DNA of 64,000 nucleotides, from IMG/VR virus record IMGVR_UViG_3300028298_000002; one strand, 5' to 3'. Origin of the DNA: a virus. Lineage: Duplodnaviria; Heunggongvirae; Uroviricota; Caudoviricetes. The notes under the pieces are model-generated. The model was not told where the DNA came from and did no database searches. It saw only the letters and a list, made by a program, of their open reading frames with translations. The first letter of the stretch is position 1. Each line of letters opens with the position of its first letter. The translations under genes were made by a program, and so were the position numbers. Shown here piece after piece: positions 1 through 8,572 of the stretch.

Positions 1-334
1 CCCTTTTCAATTTGTGCAACAGCCATAGCAATTGCATCAACTTGTTCTGCTGCAAAAGCATCACAAACAGCAATCCTAGAAGGGTATCCTAATTTTTCAC
101 GAACATATTCAGCCGTGTCAATTCCATTCATCTTAAACACATTCAAAGCCTCAACGGTTTCAAATGATAATTTAGTAGGAACAACCGCCCCTAAAGGAAT
201 ACAAGAAGAAGCCGTTTGATAGGGCATAGCATTTCTATCTTCCCTAACCGCTTTGGTTAGAACTTCCGCCTGGCTATCTTCCAAACTTATTTCTTCTACT
301 TCTTCTGCTGGAGTTATGCTTAAATTTTCTTCCA
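1..334 (-). CDS. hypothetical protein, N-terminal part only (gene continues beyond window start)
   Basis: Reverse complement of 1-334 is an open frame starting at ATG 334-332 (MEENLSITPAEEVEEISLEDSQAEVLTKAV...). It abuts the stop of the upstream co-oriented gene 335..1561. Confidence 0.45.
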
Positions 335-1561
335 TTAGTTTACCTTTTCAGTAATTGTATGTAATTGCTCCAAAATTTGTTCTAATGAAGCGAAACGCGT
401 ATGGTCTTCTGCATCGTCAATCGTTACTTTTGACTGATCAATTTTATTTATCGTTACTCCATTGAATACTGTTACTGATGTGAACTTTTCAATTCTTTCG
501 CCAATTGTATTTAACCAAGAAAATGCCGATTCACTATTCAAAATTAAATCAACAATCGCCTCAACTGACGTATCAGTAGGCTTAATGCTTAAATATGTTT
601 CCATTAAATTCGATATTTCACCATCGAATTCATTTTGAATATCATCTTCGGTTGGTGTTTTCTTGCGTCCAACTCTTTCTGTAAAATTCGTTTCAACTTC
701 TTGTTTGAAGCGTTCAACAGCTTTGGTAATTCTTTCACGGAAAAGAATTTTTACTTTCGCAAAGCTTAGAATACTGCTATCGCCAACTACTTCAATCTTA
801 CCTAAATCTGTCAAATTAAATCCGCCCAAAACATAATCCCCGCCAGTTGGAAAGATATCAGTATTGATAAATGCTTTTGTTTCTCTATCTTCTGGAAGTG
901 GTTCTACTCCCGCAAATTTATCAAGGACGTGTCCTTTTCTTGGATAAGAAGAAACTTTTTTTGCTTTCCCGCCTTTTGCGAAAACTTCATCCATCACGAC
1001 ACCATTTTCTTCAGCGTATTGAACTAATGCATCAACATTCAATTCATTTTTATCAAGCCATCCAGTAAATGCACCTTTAGAAATTACTTTGGATTCACTA
1101 TATTTTCCAATAGCTTCAATGTAATTTTTTGCAACTTCGGTTTTGTTATTTGTTTTCGGATATTCAAGGATTCTATCACCAGTTATTGTGCTTGAAACGA
1201 TAACTTCGTAAAATTTATCCCCTTGAATAAGTGAAACCCATTTCTTTTGTGTTGGAATGGTGTATCGGCTGATTTCAGTTTCAGAAAGTGGTGTATTTTT
1301 TATTGTTTTTTCTGGCTTATAAATATGTGCTATGCCAGGTTCAGAAAAATAAACTAATCCATCAACTTCAAAGTACTTATCGCCAACTTGATAAAAAGCC
1401 GAATAAGCAGGTTTTACGCCATCTGGGGTATTAATATGTGAATTTGCTTCGCCAAGTGCAAAAGCCCCCTTAAAGCTTTCACTTTGAAGCTTAGTGATAT
1501 AAATTGGTGGCACTGCACCAAGCATATCAAAGTATTTGTCTTCCGAAATTTCTTTGTCCAC
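335..1561 (-). CDS. hypothetical protein (408 aa), possibly virion-associated
   Basis: Long ORF in a tightly packed minus-strand array. No recognisable catalytic motifs. Position next to Gly-rich and charged scaffold-like proteins suggests a structural module (inference). Confidence 0.6.
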   Translation of the reverse strand: MDKEISEDKYFDMLGAVPPIYITKLQSESFKGAFALGEANSHINTPDGVKPAYSAFYQVGDKYFEVDGLVYFSEPGIAHIYKPEKTIKNTPLSETEISRYTIPTQKKWVSLIQGDKFYEVIVSSTITGDRILEYPKTNNKTEVAKNYIEAIGKYSESKVISKGAFTGWLDKNELNVDALVQYAEENGVVMDEVFAKGGKAKKVSSYPRKGHVLDKFAGVEPLPEDRETKAFINTDIFPTGGDYVLGGFNLTDLGKIEVVGDSSILSFAKVKILFRERITKAVERFKQEVETNFTERVGRKKTPTEDDIQNEFDGEISNLMETYLSIKPTDTSVEAIVDLILNSESAFSWLNTIGERIEKFTSVTVFNGVTINKIDQSKVTIDDAEDHTRFASLEQILEQLHTITEKVN

Positions 1562-1606
1562 TTGTTTTTATTTATAAATTTATTTCAACATCCTTATGAA
1601 CATCTT

Positions 1607-2029
1607 TTAAGCTACCTTATCAACACCTTTACGCATATAAGTTGTTCGTAACCCCATTTTTTCATATGTAATCCCATTAATCGTAATTTCATAATCATTC
1701 AAAAAACGTAGCGACCTGCCTAATGCATCTTCAACTTCTTCGTGCGTTAGGACATCTGGCAGCCTTCCGCCACCAGCCATTTCAGTATGTGTATTTGATT
1801 TTTTTTGAAGACCGCAATCGATGGCTCTACCACCTGTGCTTTGATTGATTTTATTGAGTTCTTCACAATGCAGTAGAACAGCATTTTCGTTGATAATTAC
1901 TTCATTTCCGCCAAGTATCACTTGACGACCACCAGCACCACCAACCACAGCTGGTATGCCTTTTCCACCTTCTTTATCAGTTGGGCCGACTAAAAGTCCA
2001 CCTTTTGTTCCATCTGAAGTTACTTTCAT
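1607..2029 (-). CDS. hypothetical Gly-rich protein (140 aa)
   Basis: ORF with GG-rich repeats (GGLLVGPTDKEGGKGIPAVVGGAGG). Co-oriented with neighbours. Confidence 0.5.
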   Translation of the reverse strand: MKVTSDGTKGGLLVGPTDKEGGKGIPAVVGGAGGRQVILGGNEVIINENAVLLHCEELNKINQSTGGRAIDCGLQKKSNTHTEMAGGGRLPDVLTHEEVEDALGRSLRFLNDYEITINGITYEKMGLRTTYMRKGVDKVA

Positions 2030-2146
2030 TTTGAGTAGTAGATATAATTTTTCAAAGATACTATTTTTTTATTTAAAAAAAAATCCTACATTAGCCAAGA
2101 TTCATAGCCATATGAATTTCTTGTTTTGATGGGTTTAAAACAACGC

Positions 2147-2179
2147 AAAAAGCCCCTTCGTTCTGAAGGGGCTTTTTTT
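2147..2179. terminator. rho-independent terminator, bidirectional hairpin
   Basis: AAAAAGCCCCTTcgttctgAAGGGGCTTTTTTT. Perfect GC-rich 8-bp stem flanked by an A-run and a T-run, downstream of the minus-strand gene 2245..3432. Confidence 0.65.
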
Positions 2180-2244
2180 AGGAAATGTGATTAATCACCG
2201 GAACAGAAGGCATCCACGAACATCTCGTAGCACTACGCCATTTC

Positions 2245-3432
2245 CTAATTTCCTACTACATCTTCCATACTTATACCACTATTGTTAGTGCTTTCAGAAG
2301 CTTCGCTTTTTATTTCTACGGCTACTGGTGTAGTTTTTAGAACTTCTTCCATACTAACCACTGCTGCCTCTTTCTGTTCAGGTTTAGGTGCTTCAGCCGT
2401 TTTATGAAGAACGGCTCCTGGTCCCCTACTTTGACGTTCTTTGTGTTCAGCGAGCTCCTTTTCATCTTGTTCTTTTTTGAACTGCTTAAATGTTTCAAGT
2501 TGGTCATCCATTTTCGCTTTCAACCCTACACAGTTTACAACCCCTTGCAAAAGATGACCACCAAGCGCAATCATTAAAGTTACCATAGGCGAAGGAGCAA
2601 TTCCCTTTTCTTGAAGAACCATAATTAATGGACCACGTATCTGTTCCTTCATTTCATCTGTAACCTTGAATGCGTCCTCAACTTCTTTATTGTAATTCAG
2701 GAACTGTTGTCTAACAGTCAGTTTGCCAGTAGCGTCTTGGTCGATAATCATTGATAAACGTAGAATCCCATCTTTATCAAGGATTTCCATTTTATTCATT
2801 TTTACTGAACAGAATCCAGTAAAAGCCATTTGATACAACTGCCCATAGTTTGTCAAGATAACATCAGCAAACATTTCAATCTGTTCCTTTTGCTGTGTTG
2901 GGTTCATTTTGTTGAAATCGTCCACCAACGGCTTATCCTTGTCTTTATCAGCTTCGGGATCTGGCGTAGTACTTCCATTGATTACCGGTTCAGCAAAATC
3001 TCTTTGCGGTGGTGGTGGCGGTGGCAAGTTATCGCCACTAAGGTTATTAACCGTTGGTGGCGGACCAGTTGCAGCTCTATTCGCATCACTTTCGTTTTCG
3101 ATGATGCTTTCGCGGAAACGATCATGTCCAGACGGCTTCACGTAATTCGGATCTTCGGTATCGACCTGTCTTGCATCGCCAGTATTGATATCAAATGCTG
3201 GTTTTTCTTCCGTAGTAGTTGTTCCAGCACCTTTACCCAGCGTTGAAGTTTCTATTTCATTTTCAAGTTCGGAAATGGTAAATCCACCCGTTTTGTCTTC
3301 TACTTTTGGGGGATTTTTTGTTTCCGAAAGAATATTCGCATCTTCAATAGGTTCGCCATTAGGCCCCTTTCCTTCAGCTAATAAATCCGCGATTCTTCTA
3401 CGCTCTTGTTCTTGTTTGGTCGGTCGTGCCAT
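2245..3432 (-). CDS. charged modular protein, paralog family member (N-terminal MARPTKQEQERRRIADLLAEGKGPNGEP motif, poly-Pro tract, conserved central domain shared with 10940..11722)
   Basis: ORF. The central ~150 aa (EQIEMFADVILTNYGQLYQMAFTGFCSVKMNKMEILDKDGILRLSMII...) aligns with 10940..11722. The N-terminal motif recurs inside 43934..44947. E/K-rich ends. Confidence 0.65.
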   Translation of the reverse strand: MARPTKQEQERRRIADLLAEGKGPNGEPIEDANILSETKNPPKVEDKTGGFTISELENEIETSTLGKGAGTTTTEEKPAFDINTGDARQVDTEDPNYVKPSGHDRFRESIIENESDANRAATGPPPTVNNLSGDNLPPPPPPQRDFAEPVINGSTTPDPEADKDKDKPLVDDFNKMNPTQQKEQIEMFADVILTNYGQLYQMAFTGFCSVKMNKMEILDKDGILRLSMIIDQDATGKLTVRQQFLNYNKEVEDAFKVTDEMKEQIRGPLIMVLQEKGIAPSPMVTLMIALGGHLLQGVVNCVGLKAKMDDQLETFKQFKKEQDEKELAEHKERQSRGPGAVLHKTAEAPKPEQKEAAVVSMEEVLKTTPVAVEIKSEASESTNNSGISMEDVVGN

Positions 3433-3437
3433 CTTAT

Positions 3438-3893
3438 TTATTTTTTATTTTTCTTTTGAATTTTACTTACTACGTTTTCTAATACTTTTTCTGTTCTATC
3501 AATAACTACTTTGTCAAATTTGTTTTTTGAATCAAGATCCCGAAATTCGCATAGGGCTCGTCTGACAGAGCGAACATTGAACACCTGGTGCTTGATATTT
3601 ATTTCGTACACCAGGCTATCATACAACTTTCTGTTATCAAATTTTGTCAGCTTACTTACAATAACGATAATTGTATTTCTTGCTAAAACCACTTCCCCTC
3701 TTACGTTCTGCTGAAACAAATCTTCCATCGTGTACTTCCCTCCCCATTCTTTGATTACCATAGAAATAGTCGTACTAATAATAACTGGCGGTGGAGCATA
3801 CACTTCCGTCTGAGCTTTCTTCAGCAGATCCAAAGCGTTTTTAGTGCCTATCTTTTTAACAGATTTTATTATTTCGAAAAATTCGTCCTCCAT
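3438..3893 (-). CDS. hypothetical protein (151 aa)
   Basis: ORF packed between 2245..3432 and 3895..4473. Confidence 0.5.
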   Translation of the reverse strand: MEDEFFEIIKSVKKIGTKNALDLLKKAQTEVYAPPPVIISTTISMVIKEWGGKYTMEDLFQQNVRGEVVLARNTIIVIVSKLTKFDNRKLYDSLVYEINIKHQVFNVRSVRRALCEFRDLDSKNKFDKVVIDRTEKVLENVVSKIQKKNKK

Positions 3894-3894
3894 C

Positions 3895-4473
3895 TTAAAG
3901 TATGCACCAATCGTTTGACAACATATCTGTTTGTGAAGCTAACCAGCCGTTCACAATGCTTCCATCAGCTGCTTTCATACATAGGTAGGCTGTGAATTCT
4001 ACATTCAATGATTCAACAACAAGCTTCCCGTATTCGTCTGGTGAATTTTTTTTCTCGAACCATTTTTTTACAGAATCAGGGAGGGATTTTATTTTTGAAA
4101 TTTGTTCATAGTGGATGCTATCTTTTGGACGCAGAAACACAAACATTCCTTTACCATTCCACCCTTCACGAGCAATTAAATTTCCCATCTTAACAGCTTC
4201 TAAAGCTGAACCAAAGGGTAATCCTTTTGTCATTGGTCTTGTTGGTGTCATTAGTTGGTATTCTCCCGCCAATTCCAAATTGTCTTCGAAATATTTTTTC
4301 GCTACATACCACTTATCATCGTGATTCTTAGGATTTCTTGCAATATACCCACCTTCCAATGTTGGTAGTGCTTTGTCAGGTTCTGATACACTGATTCCAG
4401 CCATATCTTCACCTAAAACATAAGGTCGCATTTCTGATAACCCTTTTCTTTTGTACTGTTTAAATTCGCTCAT
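3895..4473 (-). CDS. DUF2829-like domain protein (Tad2-family-like candidate)
   Basis: Central segment FGSALEAVKMGNLIAREGWNGKGMFVFL matches my memory of the DUF2829 signature (ALxxLKxGKKVAR-GWNGK). CTAACTAACTA motif directly upstream of the ATG. Confidence 0.45.
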   Translation of the reverse strand: MSEFKQYKRKGLSEMRPYVLGEDMAGISVSEPDKALPTLEGGYIARNPKNHDDKWYVAKKYFEDNLELAGEYQLMTPTRPMTKGLPFGSALEAVKMGNLIAREGWNGKGMFVFLRPKDSIHYEQISKIKSLPDSVKKWFEKKNSPDEYGKLVVESLNVEFTAYLCMKAADGSIVNGWLASQTDMLSNDWCIL

Positions 4474-4620
4474 AGTTAGTTAGTTTTGTTTGTTATTTTA
4501 AATTATAAATTTCATTGATGCACATTCTTACTTCGTCAATCGTAAGACCATATCTTTCGGCTAATGGTTCAAAGCCTGGCAAACAATAGTTATTCGCCTT
4601 TGCTTTTCTTAAATATTCTT

Positions 4621-4944
4621 TTAATTCTTCCATTTGATAAATGCTAAAATTACTATCGATGCGTAAAAAATTGTACAAGACAACTGATCAAAAAATTCAG
4701 CTTTTAATTTATCCCTTACGAAATGATAATGGTCTTTTTTGTCCGACAACTTTTCTTCCTCAGTCATAGCATCAGCTATGGCTTGACACTTTTCACAAGT
4801 GCATTCCATATTCATTTCGCTAGGACAAAATCCTTCGCGAACAAATTCTCTGTACACGCAGTAGGCATTGTGTAATTCCGATAAGTAGAAATAAACAATC
4901 CGGATTCCAGAAAGAATAATTAATATGTAGATAACCTTTTCCAT
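4621..4944 (-). CDS. hypothetical small membrane protein with Cys-rich region
   Basis: ORF with an N-terminal hydrophobic helix (VIYILIILSGIRIVYFYL) and a CxC...C cluster. Confidence 0.4.
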   Translation of the reverse strand: MEKVIYILIILSGIRIVYFYLSELHNAYCVYREFVREGFCPSEMNMECTCEKCQAIADAMTEEEKLSDKKDHYHFVRDKLKAEFFDQLSCTIFYASIVILAFIKWKN

Positions 4945-5315
4945 TACGCTTCTTGTTTTGCTAATTGTTTTGCTTTTTCTTTTTCCAACACGATTTTCAC
5001 TTGACGCTCAAATTCGCCTTTATTCAGACTTAAATTTCTGTTGGTGCTGTTCACCTTTCTGCACAGCTGCTTCCATTCACGATTAATCGTATCGAACGCA
5101 AGTTGCGAATCCATATCAGATTTATATTTCCTAGAAAAAAATGTTTGCAAATAATCCGCCATCACCTGCGTGTACTTGTCCATTTCTTTCTGAGTTTGTT
5201 TTCCGTGTGCTTTGAGTTTATCATCAACAGCAGTTGCTAATCTTTCGTTCACTACTGGAACAATGAAGTCCTTTGAAAACAAACCTCTTAACCATTTTCT
5301 AAATTTTTTCCACAT
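4944..5315 (-). CDS. hypothetical protein (123 aa)
   Basis: ORF. The start ATGA overlaps the neighbouring stop. Confidence 0.5.
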   Translation of the reverse strand: MWKKFRKWLRGLFSKDFIVPVVNERLATAVDDKLKAHGKQTQKEMDKYTQVMADYLQTFFSRKYKSDMDSQLAFDTINREWKQLCRKVNSTNRNLSLNKGEFERQVKIVLEKEKAKQLAKQEA

Positions 5316-5456
5316 AATTTTATTTTTTTTATTTATTTAATGCCGTTCAAAAGTACCGCGCGATAGTTACACCCTTTGAACCAACTTGTATGGCTTATCA
5401 TCCAGTCCAAGACACCCTCACCTAAGTAACTTTGGGTATTTTATGGTTTATACTAT

Positions 5457-5936
5457 TTATCTTATATCTAAATTTTGCTTTTTCAAATAATTGAAATACA
5501 TTTCTTCAAAATCTTGGTAATCATCCACCACAAATCTGGAAGAACCATTGAAATAAAGAATCAACACACCAACTACTTTAATTTGTTTTACTGGCGGCTC
5601 AAATTGAGGTCCGAAATCTGGCTGAAAAGAATCTTCTACTTCTACCGTAGCATTTTCATCTATAACAGCTGGAATGCTTGGCCCAAAACTTCTGCGTGGT
5701 CGTGGTCGTGCTTTCATCTTTTCCACTTCTTCCAAATAAGCTGGATATTTTTCTTCATCCAAAACATTTACTATAAGAGTTTTTTCAGAAATATCAACTA
5801 TGCTACGAAGATTGATAATGCACTTTTTGTAAGTGATTGTATCTTCTTTTTTCTCGAAATTATGTGATTGCAAAATATCAATCAATTTCGTTTGGTGATA
5901 GTCAGCTTCCGTTGGAAGTTCGATTATGTTTTTCAT
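5457..5936 (-). CDS. hypothetical protein (159 aa)
   Basis: ORF co-oriented in the array. Confidence 0.5.
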   Translation of the reverse strand: MKNIIELPTEADYHQTKLIDILQSHNFEKKEDTITYKKCIINLRSIVDISEKTLIVNVLDEEKYPAYLEEVEKMKARPRPRRSFGPSIPAVIDENATVEVEDSFQPDFGPQFEPPVKQIKVVGVLILYFNGSSRFVVDDYQDFEEMYFNYLKKQNLDIR

Positions 5937-6154
5937 AGTGTTTCTATTATTTTATCAGTTTCAAACTCATATTTTTTTCCTTTCACATCTTTATAGGTAT
6001 TCGCATCAATTATCCTTTGCATCTTGACAGAACTACCCCCATTTCCATTTGGTCTTGTATGTGTCATAAAAAAGGGTCTAGCTAGAGGCCAAATTTTTTC
6101 CCATTGGTCTAAAGTAATGGTACTATAATTTATTTTTTCTAAAATATCTTCCAT
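5933..6154 (-). CDS. hypothetical protein (73 aa)
   Basis: ORF with 4-nt overlaps to both neighbours. Confidence 0.4.
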   Translation of the reverse strand: MEDILEKINYSTITLDQWEKIWPLARPFFMTHTRPNGNGGSSVKMQRIIDANTYKDVKGKKYEFETDKIIETL

Positions 6155-6924
6155 TATTTTTTTGGATAGATATAAATTAACCCGCGTTTGATTTCAGTAC
6201 TTGTCGCATCACTATTGTAGTGGTAGTCATACCCATCTTCGCCATAAATATCATCGATGTAAGACTTTATGTTCACAAATGAAATATCTACTCCTTCATA
6301 ATGGTCAAAGCCTAATTTCGGTTCATCTGGAACAAGAAAATCGTGGATAGCAATTACTGGTTTTAGTCCTGACGCTTTGATAATTTTCAATTCATCAAAA
6401 ATTGGTAAGGTATTCCAATGGCTGTCGATGAAGATGAACACAGAAGATTCGTCTTCCCCAAGTGCTTCGGATGTTTTGATGCATTTATTCAACACTTCAG
6501 ATAATCGATCAACTGTACTGCCTAGATAAAATTCAATGTTAGTCAATCCAGTGCATCGTTCTATGGCAAATTCTAAAAATGTTTTGTTGATTTCAATGCC
6601 TAATACTCTTTCGAAATTTTCACCGAAGAATTTAGTTGTTCCGCCAACACATGTACCTAATTCTACGGCTGCTTTAACTTTAAACTTTTCTTTCAGCTTC
6701 AAAAATTCTTCAGCTACGAAATGATCGTTGTTGAACGGGCTCGACTGGTGTGGCATCAATACTGGTTCCGACACCGATAGCGATGGATCTGGAGTGTTTT
6801 GTGTTCCAGTTCTGGTATCAATCACTGGATTTATACCAGGCGATGCATTTACTTTCGAATTCGCTGGATCAGGAATTCTGTTTTCGATTCTGGGTTCGCC
6901 AGATGGGTTTCTTGGATCTTTCAT
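6154..6924 (-). CDS. class I SAM-dependent methyltransferase (TylF/MycF/CmcI-like O-methyltransferase fold) carrying N-terminal FDPRNPSGE-type tag
   Basis: N-terminus MKDPRNPSGEPRIENRIP, then a P/S/T/N-rich linker. SAM-binding glycine motif VELGTCVGGTTKFF and acidic IFIDSHWN typical of macrocin-O-MTase-like enzymes. Confidence 0.6.
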   Translation of the reverse strand: MKDPRNPSGEPRIENRIPDPANSKVNASPGINPVIDTRTGTQNTPDPSLSVSEPVLMPHQSSPFNNDHFVAEEFLKLKEKFKVKAAVELGTCVGGTTKFFGENFERVLGIEINKTFLEFAIERCTGLTNIEFYLGSTVDRLSEVLNKCIKTSEALGEDESSVFIFIDSHWNTLPIFDELKIIKASGLKPVIAIHDFLVPDEPKLGFDHYEGVDISFVNIKSYIDDIYGEDGYDYHYNSDATSTEIKRGLIYIYPKK

Positions 6925-6928
6925 ATTT

Positions 6929-6939
6929 TAGTTAGTTAG
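6929..6939 (-). promoter_or_regulatory. CTAACTAACTA start-proximal motif (coding-strand sense), 4 nt upstream of ATG of 6154..6924
   Basis: Plus strand reads tagttagttag immediately after the start-codon complement 'cat' at 6922-6924. Confidence 0.5.
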
Positions 6940-7068
6940 ATTATTAGTTTATGTCTTTTATCTTATCGTAACAGACCTTACATCCTGTTCCATTACAATT
7001 TGTGCATTCTTTTACTATTTTCGTATGCTTCAAATACTTTTTTTGAGTTGATTTACTATTAACGAGAA

Positions 7069-7275
7069 TTAATTCAATTTTTTCTGGGTAATTGGAATCT
7101 CCATTAGGCTACATTTAGTAATTATAATCTTTCCAGTGGGAGTTGTTCGTGGCCCTGAATAAACAGCATAATCCACAATATTTTTAACAAATAAATTTGT
7201 AATTTCTTTGTTAAGACATTCAAACTCTTCTTCTGAAACAGTATCGCCATTTTTAAAGTCAAGTAAATTCTTCAT
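7069..7275 (-). CDS. hypothetical protein (68 aa)
   Basis: ORF. 4-nt overlap with the upstream gene. Confidence 0.4.
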   Translation of the reverse strand: MKNLLDFKNGDTVSEEEFECLNKEITNLFVKNIVDYAVYSGPRTTPTGKIIITKCSLMEIPITQKKLN

Positions 7276-7667
7276 GAGGTTAGGTTTTTATACTCATCAA
7301 ACTTTATTCTATTTTCTTCATTATAATCACAAGGTTGTGGCTGCGTCTTAGCGAACACAAACCATTCTTTTGCTAAGTCTAATCGGTACATCGTTTCAGC
7401 TGCTTTATGTTCTGAACAAACTGGATGAAATGTTTTAATTGAAAAACTTTGAAGTTCACCTTCGCTCAAACTTTTTTCGCAGATGGAACATCTTTTCAAA
7501 TGGGCTGGATAGTCCGTTATTAAGCCCAATTCCATCTTTGCAATTTCTGGAATCATATAATGTGCAAACGAACGATGTTCTTCGCAAACCACTCCCCCAT
7601 CATAAGGGGTTTTTAAGTTCTGAGCTTTGCCCGTTAATTGCTTATCGCAAATACTACATTCTTCCAT
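7272..7667 (-). CDS. Cys-rich (zinc-binding) hypothetical protein
   Basis: ORF with CxxC...C...H and CxxC...C pairs (CSICDK...CEEH, CSICEK...CSEH). Confidence 0.5.
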   Translation of the reverse strand: MEECSICDKQLTGKAQNLKTPYDGGVVCEEHRSFAHYMIPEIAKMELGLITDYPAHLKRCSICEKSLSEGELQSFSIKTFHPVCSEHKAAETMYRLDLAKEWFVFAKTQPQPCDYNEENRIKFDEYKNLTS

Positions 7668-7870
7668 TATTTTACGTCTCTTAAAATGTCAATAATTTCC
7701 ATTGCCGTTTCTTTACTTAGTCGCATAGGGTGTTCACGACCATCACGATCGGTCAATAACATAATAGTTACTTTTTTTCCATCTTCGATTTCTGTATCGA
7801 AGTTCAGCCCAGTTAATGAATCTGGCGTTGTAGATTTTACAACTCTGTTATCTATTCTATTGTTCCCCAT
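7667..7870 (-). CDS. hypothetical protein (67 aa)
   Basis: ORF. Its start overlaps the neighbour's stop. Confidence 0.4.
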   Translation of the reverse strand: MGNNRIDNRVVKSTTPDSLTGLNFDTEIEDGKKVTIMLLTDRDGREHPMRLSKETAMEIIDILRDVK

Positions 7871-7906
7871 ATTATATACAATTACATTTAATGTCTATAC
7901 ACGAAT

Positions 7907-8245
7907 TTAATTTTCACTTCCAAATTCATTCCTGAAGGCTTCGTTGTCTTCATTCACCTTATTGTTAATTATTGAACCCGCAGCCATAGATGATTCTCTT
8001 AATCCTTCAAGGATTTCTGGACTAGAATCAACCGCTTTTTCCATTTCTGAAATTTTAGAAAGGGATTCAATATCAATATGTTTAGATAGTTCTTTTTCTA
8101 TCTTTATAAATATTGGAAGAAACATTTCGGCTACACCTTTATCTGCATTTTCGGCACTATGAATAGCTACATTCATCTTAGCTACCGCTGTAAGAATTTT
8201 AATTTCTTCGCCAGTTAATTCTAGTGTTATTGTTTTTGTTTCCAT
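7907..8245 (-). CDS. hypothetical acidic protein (112 aa)
   Basis: ORF. Confidence 0.45.
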   Translation of the reverse strand: METKTITLELTGEEIKILTAVAKMNVAIHSAENADKGVAEMFLPIFIKIEKELSKHIDIESLSKISEMEKAVDSSPEILEGLRESSMAAGSIINNKVNEDNEAFRNEFGSEN

Positions 8246-8572
8246 TTAATTTTCTGAATTATCTTTCCCTATAATTTCCTTTGCACTTACAATTTCCATA
8301 TTGCCAACTTGGTTTTCTATGAACGATTGGAAAATAAAATTTTCCGCTTGTTTCTTGTGAAAGATTGCTGCACCGACTGGTCCTTCAGCTATAACATAAA
8401 CAACTTCTTTTTCCGTTTCTTTACTTGGATCCGGATGAACGAAAGCGTTTTGATTATCCTTTAAACGAATAAAATATGCATCATTACCGATTACATTTCT
8501 CCCAGCAAGTGGAATCTTTCCAGCTTTCCAATCTTGGTTTTCTTGCTTTGCTTTTATTTGACCTCTTCCCAT
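8246..8572 (-). CDS. possible GroES/gp31-like co-chaperonin
   Basis: 108 aa. KIPLAGRNVIG...VHPDPSKETEKEVVYVIAEGPVG resembles the GroES pattern (I.PL.DRV.v...e.ktagGI.lPdsakek...g.VvAvG.G). Weak match. Confidence 0.35.
   Translation of the reverse strand: MGRGQIKAKQENQDWKAGKIPLAGRNVIGNDAYFIRLKDNQNAFVHPDPSKETEKEVVYVIAEGPVGAAIFHKKQAENFIFQSFIENQVGNMEIVSAKEIIGKDNSEN

Noticed and set aside
335-1561. Calling 335..1561 the major capsid protein and 2245..3432 the scaffold
   Set aside because: Gene order and composition are suggestive, but no diagnostic motifs are visible. Left as hypothetical.
2995-3030. GGTGGTGGTGGCGGTGGC repeat
   Set aside because: It encodes the poly-proline tract (PPPPPP) of the 2245..3432 protein on the opposite strand. 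Not a non-coding repeat element.
2830-3505. Plus-strand ORFs 2830..3246, 2909..3145, 3185..3505 (and similar antisense ORFs such as 5475..5867, 10663..10956, 12238..12571, 23727..24107, 27136..27525)
   Set aside because: They lie antisense to, and fully inside, longer co-oriented genes with recognisable motifs. Their products are low complexity. Treated as shadow ORFs.
4493-4944. Programmed frameshift between overlapping same-strand ORFs 4493..4678 and 4621..4944
   Set aside because: No slippery heptamer or downstream structure noticed. More likely a small independent gene or over-called ORF.
8246-8572. Confident GroES call
   Set aside because: The resemblance is only a loose pattern match. 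Retained as a low-confidence feature, not a finding.
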